The position numbers and the translations under genes are program-made. From positions 1 to 64,000 of the IMG/VR virus record IMGVR_UViG_3300031951_021456: DNA of 64,000 nucleotides, one strand, 5' to 3'. The notes beneath the pieces were generated by a model. It ran no database searches. It was not told the origin of the DNA and saw only the letters and a list, made by a program, of their open reading frames with translations. Below, one piece after another: positions 47,515 to 56,659 of the stretch (position 1 is its first letter; each line of letters opens with the position of its first letter).

Positions 47515-48137
47515 AAGTTCCTGATTTTTATGTTGGTAAAAGACTATTTGTTGGAGATGGTGAACCAATTGCTCTAGGCCTCGGTCCAACAGAAGTACGA
47601 GGTTCAGCTTACATTGAAGGTCCACTTCTAGTGGGGGATGCAACAAAATTTCCAACAATTACTGCAGCCTTAATGGTTGCCCCGCAAATAAATTCAGATG
47701 TAAAAACTCCAGCTTTTTGGTCTGCTTATTTTCATGGCGGCGTGCGTGTTAAAGGAACAATAATTGCTGATACTATTGCTGCAACTCAATCTAAACCTTT
47801 TATCATTGATCATCCAACAAAACCAGATAAAAAACTGGTGCATGTTGCACTAGAGGGTCCAGAGAATGGAGTTTATGTAAGGGGTAGATTAACAGATTCT
47901 TCAATTATTGAGCTACCAGAATATTGGAAAAATTTAGTAGATGAAAAAACAATTACAGTAAATTTGCAAACAATTGGAATTGAGCAGCAATTAATTGTAG
48001 AAGACATTAAAAGCAATCAAATTTTTGTTCGTAGCAATATAAGCTTAAATATTGATTGTTTTTATCATGTCTATGGGACAAGAAAAGATATAGATAAACT
48101 TAAAGTTGAGGTAAATCCAGAAGATTATGGCCTTTGA
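47511..48137 (+). CDS. Virion structural protein with C-terminal chaperone-like domain
   Basis: F.IDHP......L.H..LEGPE.GVY.RG...I.LP.YW..LVD. Confidence 0.65.
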   Translation: MKVPDFYVGKRLFVGDGEPIALGLGPTEVRGSAYIEGPLLVGDATKFPTITAALMVAPQINSDVKTPAFWSAYFHGGVRVKGTIIADTIAATQSKPFIIDHPTKPDKKLVHVALEGPENGVYVRGRLTDSSIIELPEYWKNLVDEKTITVNLQTIGIEQQLIVEDIKSNQIFVRSNISLNIDCFYHVYGTRKDIDKLKVEVNPEDYGL

Positions 48138-48819
48138 ATACAATAAAAACTTTGGAGCATTCATTCGCAAAAAATATGGTTATCCTATAGAAGATTATGA
48201 AGTAGATCCAAATTCTTTAGATTTTGGTCTTGAGTATAATATAAATGTTGCAGCAGTTTGGGTTGGGAATTCTCCAATGCAATATGCTTACTGTGATTTA
48301 ACGAGTGATACTTCTTTAACATTAAGTCACTCTTCTGGTTCATTAACCGAATTTATACTTAATGCAAATAACCTTAATATAAATTCAAGTGCAAAAATTT
48401 CATTAAATTCACCCATTGTAGAATGTTCAACTGAAATTAAAGCACCTCTAGGAACTTTTATTAATCTTTCGGCTCCATATAAGATGTTTGATATCAAACA
48501 TCCATCAAAAGAAAATATGAGACTTAGACATGCCTGCCTTGAGGGTCCTGAAATTTCAGTTTTCATTAAAGGCAGATTACAAGGTAAAGATACAATTACT
48601 CTTCCAGAATATTGGAAAGAATTAATTGATCTTGAAAGTATCAATGTAAGTCTTACACAAATTGGAAGAAATCAGGACTTATTTGTAGTTTCAATTAATG
48701 ATAAAGAAATAAAAATTTCCTCAAATTTAACTAACTTTATAGATTGCTTCTACACAATTATGGCCACAAGAAAAGATGTTGAAAAATTGGAGGTTGAGGT
48801 AAATGAGTACACGCCCTGA
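48127..48819 (+). CDS. Virion structural protein, C-terminal domain paralogous to 47511..48137
   Basis: FDIKHP...RLRHACLEGPE...LPEYW. Confidence 0.65.
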   Translation: MAFEYNKNFGAFIRKKYGYPIEDYEVDPNSLDFGLEYNINVAAVWVGNSPMQYAYCDLTSDTSLTLSHSSGSLTEFILNANNLNINSSAKISLNSPIVECSTEIKAPLGTFINLSAPYKMFDIKHPSKENMRLRHACLEGPEISVFIKGRLQGKDTITLPEYWKELIDLESINVSLTQIGRNQDLFVVSINDKEIKISSNLTNFIDCFYTIMATRKDVEKLEVEVNEYTP

Positions 48820-48976
48820 AACGAAAGAGTCTTTAAGAAATCTATTTACCGCTAAATGGAATTTGCCAAAAGCTGCAGATAATGCGAATCTTTCATACAA
48901 AGAAATGAAAATAATTTTTAATGAGTTTTGTGAGCTTAATCCTCCATCCTTTGAACCAGATCTAGAAGTGTCATAG
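48803..48976 (+). CDS. Small cyanophage-type protein, not in ORF track
   Basis: RPET..S...LFTAKWNLPKAA..ANL..KEMKI.FNE.C. Confidence 0.65.
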   Translation: MSTRPETKESLRNLFTAKWNLPKAADNANLSYKEMKIIFNEFCELNPPSFEPDLEVS

Positions 48977-49034
48977 TGGGCATTTAACTGTTGAAAAATT
49001 GATTTAAGCTATCTATAAATCACAAACACCCAAA

Positions 49035-49247
49035 ATGAATGATTGCCCTGGGGAATTTTATGATGAACATGAAATTGATTATAATGATCTAAATTTAACA
49101 GTTGTCATTTATCGCAAAAACGAAGATTATCTTTTACTGCGAAGAGAATTTGACACGATGATGGAAGCATTGAATTATGCTCAAGATATTGCTGGAGAGT
49201 TTAAAGTTATTGGAGTTGTCAGAAAAAATTATCCAGTGACAGTTTGA
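49035..49247 (+). CDS. Hypothetical protein
   Basis: ORF behind palindrome promoter at 48953. Confidence 0.65.
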   Translation: MNDCPGEFYDEHEIDYNDLNLTVVIYRKNEDYLLLRREFDTMMEALNYAQDIAGEFKVIGVVRKNYPVTV

Positions 49248-49316
49248 TAACTGCCCTATAATGACTCAATTGGCTTTCATAGTTGCTATGCTATGGAAGC
49301 CACTTTAAATGAATTC

Positions 49317-50351
49317 ATGTCTGATACTCCAGTTTCTTTCAATTTAGGTACACCTGAACTTGCGCAGTCTATCACAAATCATTTTATCACCAGAAGATAT
49401 CTGAACGGTGGTAGCTCACATTTAAAGACTTTGAAAATTGAATATGATTTGCAAAATCACGATCCCCAACAGCTTATTGATTTGTTTGTAAATATTGGAT
49501 ATAAAGTGATAGGTTGCCTAAGCACTGACTCATTATTATATAATGAACATAATTTAATTTATACTCGGTTCTTACGTGGTGGTTATTCTAATATTAGTAT
49601 TCATGGTGATAAGACTAATTTTGATGAAATTGAAAATCTTATTTTATCAAAATTCAACAAGTGGGATGGCAACAATAAATCTAAAATAAAATGGTGTTTT
49701 CTCAATGATTGTGGTAAGATTGAGTATCTAGAATCAAATTTAGAGGAAAAAAATCCACCCTTCACAGAAATGTATCCATTTCTTAATGGTGAAAGTCTTC
49801 ATGATTATTATGAGCGATATAACAATTCTTCTGCATCTATTCTCCTTTTGCAGGGTCCACCCGGTACTGGTAAAACTACATTTATTCGGGGGTTACTACA
49901 GCATCTTAAAAAGAGTGCATTATTGTCTTATGATGATGCAATCTTAAAAAGTGATAATTTTTTGAATATTTTCATTAAGGATAATAATATAAATTTTCTA
50001 GTTTTTGAAGATGCTGATGCTTATCTGACCTCTAGAGAATCTGGTAATAAGGTGATTCATAAATTTCTCAATGCTGGTGATGGTCTCATTTCTAAATCTA
50101 ATAAGAAAATTATCTTCACTACAAATCTTCAAAGTATTACCGATATTGATTCGGCACTTACTCGGCCAGGAAGGTGTCATGATATTTTACAATTTCGTAG
50201 TCTCACTACAGATGAATCTATTAAAGTTGCCAGCATTTGTAAAATCGAAATTAAATTACCAGAAAAAGAATATACAATTGCAGAAATATTTAATACACAA
50301 ACCAATACTGAGAAGAAAGTAATCCGAAATATTGGGTTTGGCAATCCATGA
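49317..50351 (+). CDS. AAA+ ATPase (BCS1-like)
   Basis: GPPGTGKT, FEDAD, FTTN, DSALTRPGR. Confidence 0.85.
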   Translation: MSDTPVSFNLGTPELAQSITNHFITRRYLNGGSSHLKTLKIEYDLQNHDPQQLIDLFVNIGYKVIGCLSTDSLLYNEHNLIYTRFLRGGYSNISIHGDKTNFDEIENLILSKFNKWDGNNKSKIKWCFLNDCGKIEYLESNLEEKNPPFTEMYPFLNGESLHDYYERYNNSSASILLLQGPPGTGKTTFIRGLLQHLKKSALLSYDDAILKSDNFLNIFIKDNNINFLVFEDADAYLTSRESGNKVIHKFLNAGDGLISKSNKKIIFTTNLQSITDIDSALTRPGRCHDILQFRSLTTDESIKVASICKIEIKLPEKEYTIAEIFNTQTNTEKKVIRNIGFGNP

Positions 50352-50707
50352 AAATATCCAACACCCATCAAAGTTTTGCAGATAATTTTAATCTCCAAAC
50401 TGCTCTATATTATCCTGAACAATTCTTGGGTCCCAATTGGAAAGATGTACTGAACTTCTGGCTCTATTTGGATACTTTACATTATGAAGTTCTTAGGTTA
50501 ATTGACATGAGATATTATACTTTAGGGGAAATAGGGACATTAAAGAAACTTTCTTGGAATGTTGCTAAAGATACTATAGGTCTTAAATATGCAGATGCAG
50601 CTTGGCACGCCAGCCCAACACTTGCAGATGGTTGTGCAACCTGTGAACTTATCGGCTCACACAATCTTAAGTCTTTGAATTTTCTTCCCTTGTTTTTGAA
50701 TCTATGA
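50348..50707 (+). CDS. MKIS/GPNW paralog, array 3 copy 1
   Basis: Family motifs. Confidence 0.85.
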   Translation: MKISNTHQSFADNFNLQTALYYPEQFLGPNWKDVLNFWLYLDTLHYEVLRLIDMRYYTLGEIGTLKKLSWNVAKDTIGLKYADAAWHASPTLADGCATCELIGSHNLKSLNFLPLFLNL

Positions 50708-51063
50708 AAATCTCTACAACACATCAAAAATTTGCAAATGATTTAAAAGACCAAACTGCTCTAGAATACCCTGAATATTTTATAGGTCCCAATTGGAAAG
50801 ATGTTCTGAACTTCTGGATTTATTTGGACACTTTGAGCGGTGAAAAGCGTAAGATAATTAGCAATCGCTTTGATAATCTTGAAGAGCTGGGCCGATTAAC
50901 AAGTATTACTCTGAAAGCTGCTGAAGATACTATAGGTGTTAAATATGTAGATGCAGCTTGGAGTGCCCCTCCATCATTTGCATCTGCTTATGCAACCTGT
51001 GAACTTATCAATTCACATAATCTAGAGTCTTTTAATTTTCTTCCTTTGTTTTTGAATCCATGA
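50704..51063 (+). CDS. MKIS/GPNW paralog, array 3 copy 2
   Basis: Family motifs. Confidence 0.85.
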   Translation: MKISTTHQKFANDLKDQTALEYPEYFIGPNWKDVLNFWIYLDTLSGEKRKIISNRFDNLEELGRLTSITLKAAEDTIGVKYVDAAWSAPPSFASAYATCELINSHNLESFNFLPLFLNP

Positions 51064-51473
51064 AAATCTCTAAAATACATAAAAAATTTGCAGATCATTT
51101 AGATGATCAAGATGCCCTAAAATATCCTGAAGAATTTCTAGGTACTAATTGGAAAGATGTTTTGAACTTCTGGATTTATTTGGACACTTTGAGTGATGGA
51201 GAACATAATTTAATTAATGAACATAATTTAATTAATGAACATTATTACAATTTAAATTGTATTCATGTAAAAGAAGCCAATAAGAAAGCTACTAGACGTA
51301 TTATAGGTTACTATTGTGCAAATGCAGCTTGGAATGCCACTCCTACAGTTGCATCTGCTTATGCAACCATTGAACTCATTGGTTCTCATAATCTAGAGTC
51401 TATTAATTTACTTTCATTGTTTTATCAATCAGAAACTTTTAAGTGTCACTTCAAAAACTGGACTAGCACCTAA
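51060..51473 (+). CDS. MKIS/GPNW paralog, array 3 copy 3
   Basis: Family motifs; 18-bp duplication; altered C-terminus. Confidence 0.8.
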   Translation: MKISKIHKKFADHLDDQDALKYPEEFLGTNWKDVLNFWIYLDTLSDGEHNLINEHNLINEHYYNLNCIHVKEANKKATRRIIGYYCANAAWNATPTVASAYATIELIGSHNLESINLLSLFYQSETFKCHFKNWTST

Positions 51474-51525
51474 ATCAACCTGAGGACAAACAGCTATTAT
51501 GATAAAAGTTAATTCACTCAAAGAC

Positions 51526-52560
51526 ATGACAAATCTTCCATATGATGCTGTAGTTTTTATTGGCAGATTTAATCCACCTCATCATGAACATTTAAACATC
51601 ATTTGTCGCGCTTTTGAAACTCTTTCACATAAGGTAATTATAATTATTGGTTCAGCAGGAAAGCCAAGATCATATAAGAATCCCTTTTTTGAAAACGAAA
51701 GGGAAAACCTCATCATTACAAGCCTGCTACATGATTATGGTCATCATACAACACAGACCGAAAATTTTCATATCTTCCATAGCATTGATTACATTTATGA
51801 TAACAAAAAATGGGCAGATGAAATCAAAAAGCAAGTAAAAACGGTAACCGCAGAAACTGACAAAATTGCAATCATTGGTCACCGAAAAGATCAATCATCA
51901 TTCTATCTTGACCTATTTCCCGAGTATGATTTGATTGAACAACCAATGACTCAAAATCTTAGTTCCACAGATATCCGAAAACTCTACTTCAAAGAATCCC
52001 CCAATCTCAACTTTCTTTCGGGTGTTATTACAGATAGTGTAAGTGAGTTTTTGAAAGAATTTTCAGAAACTGAAGATTTTCAGATGTTGGTGAGAGAAAG
52101 GGAGTATGAGGAAAATTATAAGAAGCCCTTTTCACTTTTACCATATCCTCCAGTATTTGTAACTGCAGATGCTGTAGTTTTTTCTGGGAATCAAATTCTT
52201 TTGATTGAACGAGCCAACGAACCTGGAAAGGGTCTATTGGCTCTTCCTGGTGGATTTTTGGATGCTAACTCGGATGCTTCACTCCAAGATGCAATGTTTC
52301 GTGAACTTAAAGAAGAAACTGGTCTTGAATTAACTGAAAAAGATATCACAGAATTCAATGTATTTGATGCAATTGATAGAAGCTCAAGAGGCCGAGTGAT
52401 CACTATGGCATATACTTTAAATGTTCCAGATCGGTTTTTACATCAAGTCATAGCATCTACAGATGCAAAAACTGTAGATTGGTATCCTATCTCAAGTCTA
52501 AACCGAAGACAGTTTTTTGAAGATCATTTTGAAATTATTTCTCAATGTGGAGGGTTTTGA
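51526..52560 (+). CDS. nadM: Bifunctional NMN adenylyltransferase / Nudix ADP-ribose pyrophosphatase
   Basis: FIGRFNPPH..H, KNPF...ER, SSTDIR; Nudix box ALPGGF...RELKEETGL. Confidence 0.9.
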   Translation: MTNLPYDAVVFIGRFNPPHHEHLNIICRAFETLSHKVIIIIGSAGKPRSYKNPFFENERENLIITSLLHDYGHHTTQTENFHIFHSIDYIYDNKKWADEIKKQVKTVTAETDKIAIIGHRKDQSSFYLDLFPEYDLIEQPMTQNLSSTDIRKLYFKESPNLNFLSGVITDSVSEFLKEFSETEDFQMLVREREYEENYKKPFSLLPYPPVFVTADAVVFSGNQILLIERANEPGKGLLALPGGFLDANSDASLQDAMFRELKEETGLELTEKDITEFNVFDAIDRSSRGRVITMAYTLNVPDRFLHQVIASTDAKTVDWYPISSLNRRQFFEDHFEIISQCGGF

Positions 52561-52562
52561 AC

Positions 52563-52886
52563 ATGTCATGCTTTTCCGAACAGCGTCACCAGTTGAATCT
52601 CAGGATCCAGCAGGAGAGCAAGGAAAATCTTAAACATTATGGTTTGAATGTATCGGATCGGGTATTGGCGATCTTAATGGCAAACTACTGTTGTGAAATG
52701 GGTAGGCTTCTTGATGAAAATGGTTTATTGGCTGGCTTAAGTGATGATTGTTTTTATTGGTATGATAATCACAAAAAGAGAGATAAGAGTAAAAGAGATG
52801 AAAAGATGAAACAACTTAAGGAACTACAAGATAATCTACAAGCCCAATTAAAAGAAGTAGAAAATCAACTCAAGGAGCTAAATTGA
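52563..52886 (+). CDS. Hypothetical protein
   Basis: ORF with coiled-coil end. Confidence 0.6.
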   Translation: MSCFSEQRHQLNLRIQQESKENLKHYGLNVSDRVLAILMANYCCEMGRLLDENGLLAGLSDDCFYWYDNHKKRDKSKRDEKMKQLKELQDNLQAQLKEVENQLKELN

Positions 52887-53233
52887 TTGTGACAAATCAA
52901 CCACTTTGGAAGCAACTGGAAAAAGGAAACTGGACAAAAGTTATTGAATTATTGCAGGACAATTTGATCACATTATTCAATTCTGAGGCTAACAAGGCTA
53001 AAATGCCAGAAATAACTTTATGTAGGGATTGCATACATTGGGAATGCAATATTGCTAACTCAGAACTTGAAAATTATCCAAGGAATATTAAACCTTCAGA
53101 TGGTTGGATTGATGGTCAATGTAGTAAACTTAAATATGAAACTTATATTTCAACTTATGGTGGCAATCAGTGTCCTGTTGTATTAATTGAAACTGATGCA
53201 AACTTTTGGTGTGCATGTGGTAGTCCAAAATGA
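52883..53233 (+). CDS. Cys-rich hypothetical protein
   Basis: C.DC.HW...G.C...F.C. Confidence 0.6.
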   Translation: MIVTNQPLWKQLEKGNWTKVIELLQDNLITLFNSEANKAKMPEITLCRDCIHWECNIANSELENYPRNIKPSDGWIDGQCSKLKYETYISTYGGNQCPVVLIETDANFWCACGSPK

Positions 53234-53583
53234 AAGATGAACATTTAAGAATATTGAGACATATGCTGGGCCTAACCGATTTATACAAAGCAATTCCAGA
53301 ACCATATAGAAATTATTATTGTGCTAATCCTGGCAATGAAATTTTACATGAATTGCAAACACTAGGAATGGTTAAACTCTATAATATTTGTGATAATTAT
53401 GAATGGTTCACTACAACAGATTTAGGAAAATCCAAAGCCATAGAAAGCTTTTGGAAATTACAAAAGCCTAAAAAAGCTAGGAGATATGTATGCTTCTTGA
53501 GGATTAAAGATATTTATAATCAGCTAACATTTAAAGAGTTTTTAACACTCCCAGAATTTAAAACACATCGTACCAATTGCTAA
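53230..53583 (+). CDS. Hypothetical phage protein
   Basis: ILRHMLG...YRNYYCA; ATGA overlap. Confidence 0.7.
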   Translation: MKDEHLRILRHMLGLTDLYKAIPEPYRNYYCANPGNEILHELQTLGMVKLYNICDNYEWFTTTDLGKSKAIESFWKLQKPKKARRYVCFLRIKDIYNQLTFKEFLTLPEFKTHRTNC

Positions 53584-53590
53584 CTCACTC

Positions 53591-53959
53591 ATGATAAACA
53601 TTCTAGTCATTTTATTTCAACTCTATTTTTCAATTCCAATTTCTCAAAGTAATCCTTTTTGGATCTTTAATGTTTGGTTTTATTCTCTAGGTTTTATCAG
53701 TCAATTGATTATTCTTTATGCAATTTTAACACAGCCTGGAGTTTTTACCTTTATTGAAAATGAAGTCAGAAACATCTATTATAAAAACCTGGCATCTCAG
53801 GAAGAAAGATTTTCCTATTATGCTACAATTGTTATTGAATTCATTGAGCTGTTTCTTTTTCTTTATTTTGGACTTTATAATGTTTTCATAGCTTATTCAC
53901 TTTACCTTGGAACTTTTTATCTCATTCGGCATTTTCTATTCTCAACTGAAAAATCGTAG
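53591..53959 (+). CDS. Membrane protein
   Basis: Multiple hydrophobic helices. Confidence 0.65.
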   Translation: MINILVILFQLYFSIPISQSNPFWIFNVWFYSLGFISQLIILYAILTQPGVFTFIENEVRNIYYKNLASQEERFSYYATIVIEFIELFLFLYFGLYNVFIAYSLYLGTFYLIRHFLFSTEKS

Positions 53960-54014
53960 ACAGTTCTCCTTCTGTCACTGGTTGGTTGAGACAACGGGCC
54001 ATTTCACCTATAAT
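53957..54014 (+). promoter_or_regulatory. Palindrome-associated early promoter of NAMPT
   Basis: TAGACAGTT-N4-TTCTGTCAC, 30 bp, TATAAT. Confidence 0.75.
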
Positions 54015-54043
54015 GTTCTTAACACTAAAACATTCAAAATCAA

Positions 54044-55420
54044 ATGACAATTTCTAAATCAATCGTCTGCAACACAGATCTTTACAAATATTCTCAGCCT
54101 TATCAATATCCTAAAAATACCCAAGCTATTTTTTCGTATATTGCAAGTCGCGGTGGAGATTGGGATCAAAGTGTTTTCTTTGGACTTCAAATGTTCCTAA
54201 AAGAATATCTTGAACCGAGAGTAACTACTGAAGATATTGATTATGCTCAAGAATTGATTCCAGCACATGGGCTTCCTTTTTATAGAGATTTGTGGGATTA
54301 TATTGTTGATGCACATGACGGAAAACTGCCACTAAAAATCAGAGCAGTTCCTGAAGGAACTGTAGTTCCAACTAAAAATGTTCTAGTTACAATTGAACCA
54401 ACAGACCAAAACTGCTGGTGGCTTGTAGATCACGTTGAATCTCCTCTTCTTAGGGGAGTCTGGTATCCCACTACCGTTTGCACTAATTCTTATTTGAGCA
54501 AAGCAATCATCAAAGAGTATCTAGAAGAAACTGGATCACCAGAATTGCTATCAACTCGTTTGAGTGATTTTGGATTAAGGGGAGTTTCATCTTTTGAATC
54601 TTCTGGAATTGGAGGTGTTGCACATCTAGTTCATTTTGATGGAACTGATAATGTAAATGGATCTCAATATGCTAGACATTTTTATAATAGAAAGTTGACT
54701 GGGCTTGAATCCATTCCAGCAATGCAACATTCTACAGTAACATCTTGGGGTAGAGAAGCTGAAGTTGACTCATATCGCAATATGTTGAGTCTATTTGGGT
54801 TTCCTAAAGCTGTTATTGCCTGCGTTAGTGATAGTTACAACATTTATGAGGCATGTGAAAATCTATGGGGAGACCAATTACGTGAAGAAGTTATTAATTC
54901 TGGTGCAATTGTTGTTGTTAGATCTGATAGTGGGGATCCAACAGTCGTTCTACTTAAATGTCTAGAAATTCTTGATAAGAAATTTGGACACACGGTAAAC
55001 TCTAAAGGTTATAAAGTCTTGAATAATGTGCGCCTCTTTCAAAGTGATGGAATCAAACATGATCTAATTTCTAGGATTCTTTATCTTTTCAAGGCCGCTG
55101 GGTTCTCTACTGATAACATTGCCTTTGGTCAAGGTGGTGCACTACTTCAACAACTTGATCGGGATACTCAAAAAGAAGCAATGAAAGGTTCTGCAATTAT
55201 GATTAATGGCATTTGGTATGAAATGTATAAGGATCCAATTACAGATCCAGGTAAAAGCTCTTTCAGGGGTCGCTTAGATTTATTCCAAACTGATGATGGA
55301 GTTTTCACTGCGAAAGAAGGTTCTTTCAATTACCCATCAGCTCTAAGAAATGTTTTTGAAAATGGTGATCTTTATCATGTTGAAGATATGGATACCATTA
55401 AGGCTAGGGTCACCTTTTAA
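54044..55420 (+). CDS. nadV: Nicotinamide phosphoribosyltransferase
   Basis: TDLYK.S, FFGLQ, WYPTTV.T, DFG.RG, VSDSY, R.DSGDP, FG.GGALLQ..DRDT, KDPITD.GK.S. Confidence 0.92.
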   Translation: MTISKSIVCNTDLYKYSQPYQYPKNTQAIFSYIASRGGDWDQSVFFGLQMFLKEYLEPRVTTEDIDYAQELIPAHGLPFYRDLWDYIVDAHDGKLPLKIRAVPEGTVVPTKNVLVTIEPTDQNCWWLVDHVESPLLRGVWYPTTVCTNSYLSKAIIKEYLEETGSPELLSTRLSDFGLRGVSSFESSGIGGVAHLVHFDGTDNVNGSQYARHFYNRKLTGLESIPAMQHSTVTSWGREAEVDSYRNMLSLFGFPKAVIACVSDSYNIYEACENLWGDQLREEVINSGAIVVVRSDSGDPTVVLLKCLEILDKKFGHTVNSKGYKVLNNVRLFQSDGIKHDLISRILYLFKAAGFSTDNIAFGQGGALLQQLDRDTQKEAMKGSAIMINGIWYEMYKDPITDPGKSSFRGRLDLFQTDDGVFTAKEGSFNYPSALRNVFENGDLYHVEDMDTIKARVTF

Positions 55421-55455
55421 AGTGGCCTAAGCTTTCTACACTCACCCTCAAAATC
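55408..55455 (+). repeat. 48-bp direct repeat copy 1 (contains promoter palindrome)
   Basis: Identical to 56598..56645. Confidence 0.9.
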
Positions 55456-55491
55456 TACTATACTATTAAAGGTTAAATACAATTCCTAATT

Positions 55492-56046
55492 ATGAGTACA
55501 TTTAATCCAACACTATTCACTCAAATGGAGCTACCATCTAGTTCTTACGACATCGAAAACCTATCATTGGAAGAACTAGATGCTTTATTGCCAGAACTTG
55601 AAACTAAATTGCAGTCTCTAGAAACACCCCCAATTGATGAGGTAGTTGAACAAAAGTTTAATAATGAATGGGAATTAATTTTTGGTTGTCTGGAAGAGGA
55701 GTATAACTCAGATTTAAATACAACAAAACAGGTGCTATATATCTATACTGCTTTTGAAAATTTACTTAAAGAACTAATTGGAGATGAAAATACAAAATTA
55801 TTTCTGAGGATCTCTAAACAATGTATCAACGAGAAGTCATTTAAATATGTTAATCGTATATATTCAAAAGTTGATACGCCGGTTGAAAATGCTACAATTA
55901 AGCTATTTTTCAGCATTCTACAGAACAAGTTTGGTAAACTCAAGAATTGGGAATTGAAAAGTAATATTAATTATATTACCACAGAATATCCAGAGCTAAA
56001 AGAAACCTGCTCCATTCTTAAAGAACTTCAAATCATTACCTTTTAA
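55492..56046 (+). CDS. Hypothetical helical protein, distant paralog of 56053..56586
   Basis: Shared F...WE, L..L..DE, YSK, LKS.I.Y. Confidence 0.7.
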   Translation: MSTFNPTLFTQMELPSSSYDIENLSLEELDALLPELETKLQSLETPPIDEVVEQKFNNEWELIFGCLEEEYNSDLNTTKQVLYIYTAFENLLKELIGDENTKLFLRISKQCINEKSFKYVNRIYSKVDTPVENATIKLFFSILQNKFGKLKNWELKSNINYITTEYPELKETCSILKELQIITF

Positions 56047-56052
56047 TTCATC

Positions 56053-56586
56053 ATGCAAACACTCCAAAATCCCCAAGAAGTCAAATCACTAATTGAACAA
56101 ATCAAAAGGCGTAAATTTGAGATTGAAAATTCAAAGACAATTAAAGATTTAATTGCAGATTCTTTTCGTGAAAGATGGGAAAGAGTTGAAAAAAATAAAA
56201 TTGAAAAATTTCAAAAAGTTATTCAACATGCTCAAACTTCTCTAAGAGTTGAAATCTCAATCATTGAATCCCTGCGTCAACTTGTAGATGATGAATTTGT
56301 TCAGAATCTAGAATATGGATTTTCGCTCGTTCGTAAAACAAATGATTTGCGCTCTATTAAGAGTGTTTATTCTAAATATCAACATGATGAGAAACTTCGC
56401 CAGGTTTTGAAGCTTATCACTTGCGTTTATAAGTATAATACTGAAACTGATAAGCTAGCATTAAACATGATTAAGTTTAATTTAAAATCTAGAATTAAAT
56501 ATGCAATTCTTTGTCCGCATTGTGGAGAAGTCGCTAAAAGTATTCTAACAAATATTCAAAACACCAAGGTTCTTCAGCTTCCATAG
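56053..56586 (+). CDS. Hypothetical helical protein
   Basis: See paralog 55492..56046. Confidence 0.7.
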   Translation: MQTLQNPQEVKSLIEQIKRRKFEIENSKTIKDLIADSFRERWERVEKNKIEKFQKVIQHAQTSLRVEISIIESLRQLVDDEFVQNLEYGFSLVRKTNDLRSIKSVYSKYQHDEKLRQVLKLITCVYKYNTETDKLALNMIKFNLKSRIKYAILCPHCGEVAKSILTNIQNTKVLQLP

Positions 56587-56597
56587 GATTTATCAAA

Positions 56598-56645
56598 GGT
56601 CACCTTTTAAAGTGGCCTAAGCTTTCTACACTCACCCTCAAAATC
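56598..56645 (+). repeat. 48-bp direct repeat copy 2
   Basis: Identical to 55408..55455. Confidence 0.9.
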
Positions 56646-56659
56646 CATTATTCTACATC

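Noticed and set aside
39189-48644. Minus-strand ORFs inside the baseplate/tape-measure operon
   Set aside because: Antisense shadows of well-supported plus-strand genes
7721-51473. Diversity-generating retroelement or integron as the source of paralog variability
   Set aside because: No reverse transcriptase, integrase, non-coding template or attC-like spacers in the window; differences include indels and are not adenine-restricted
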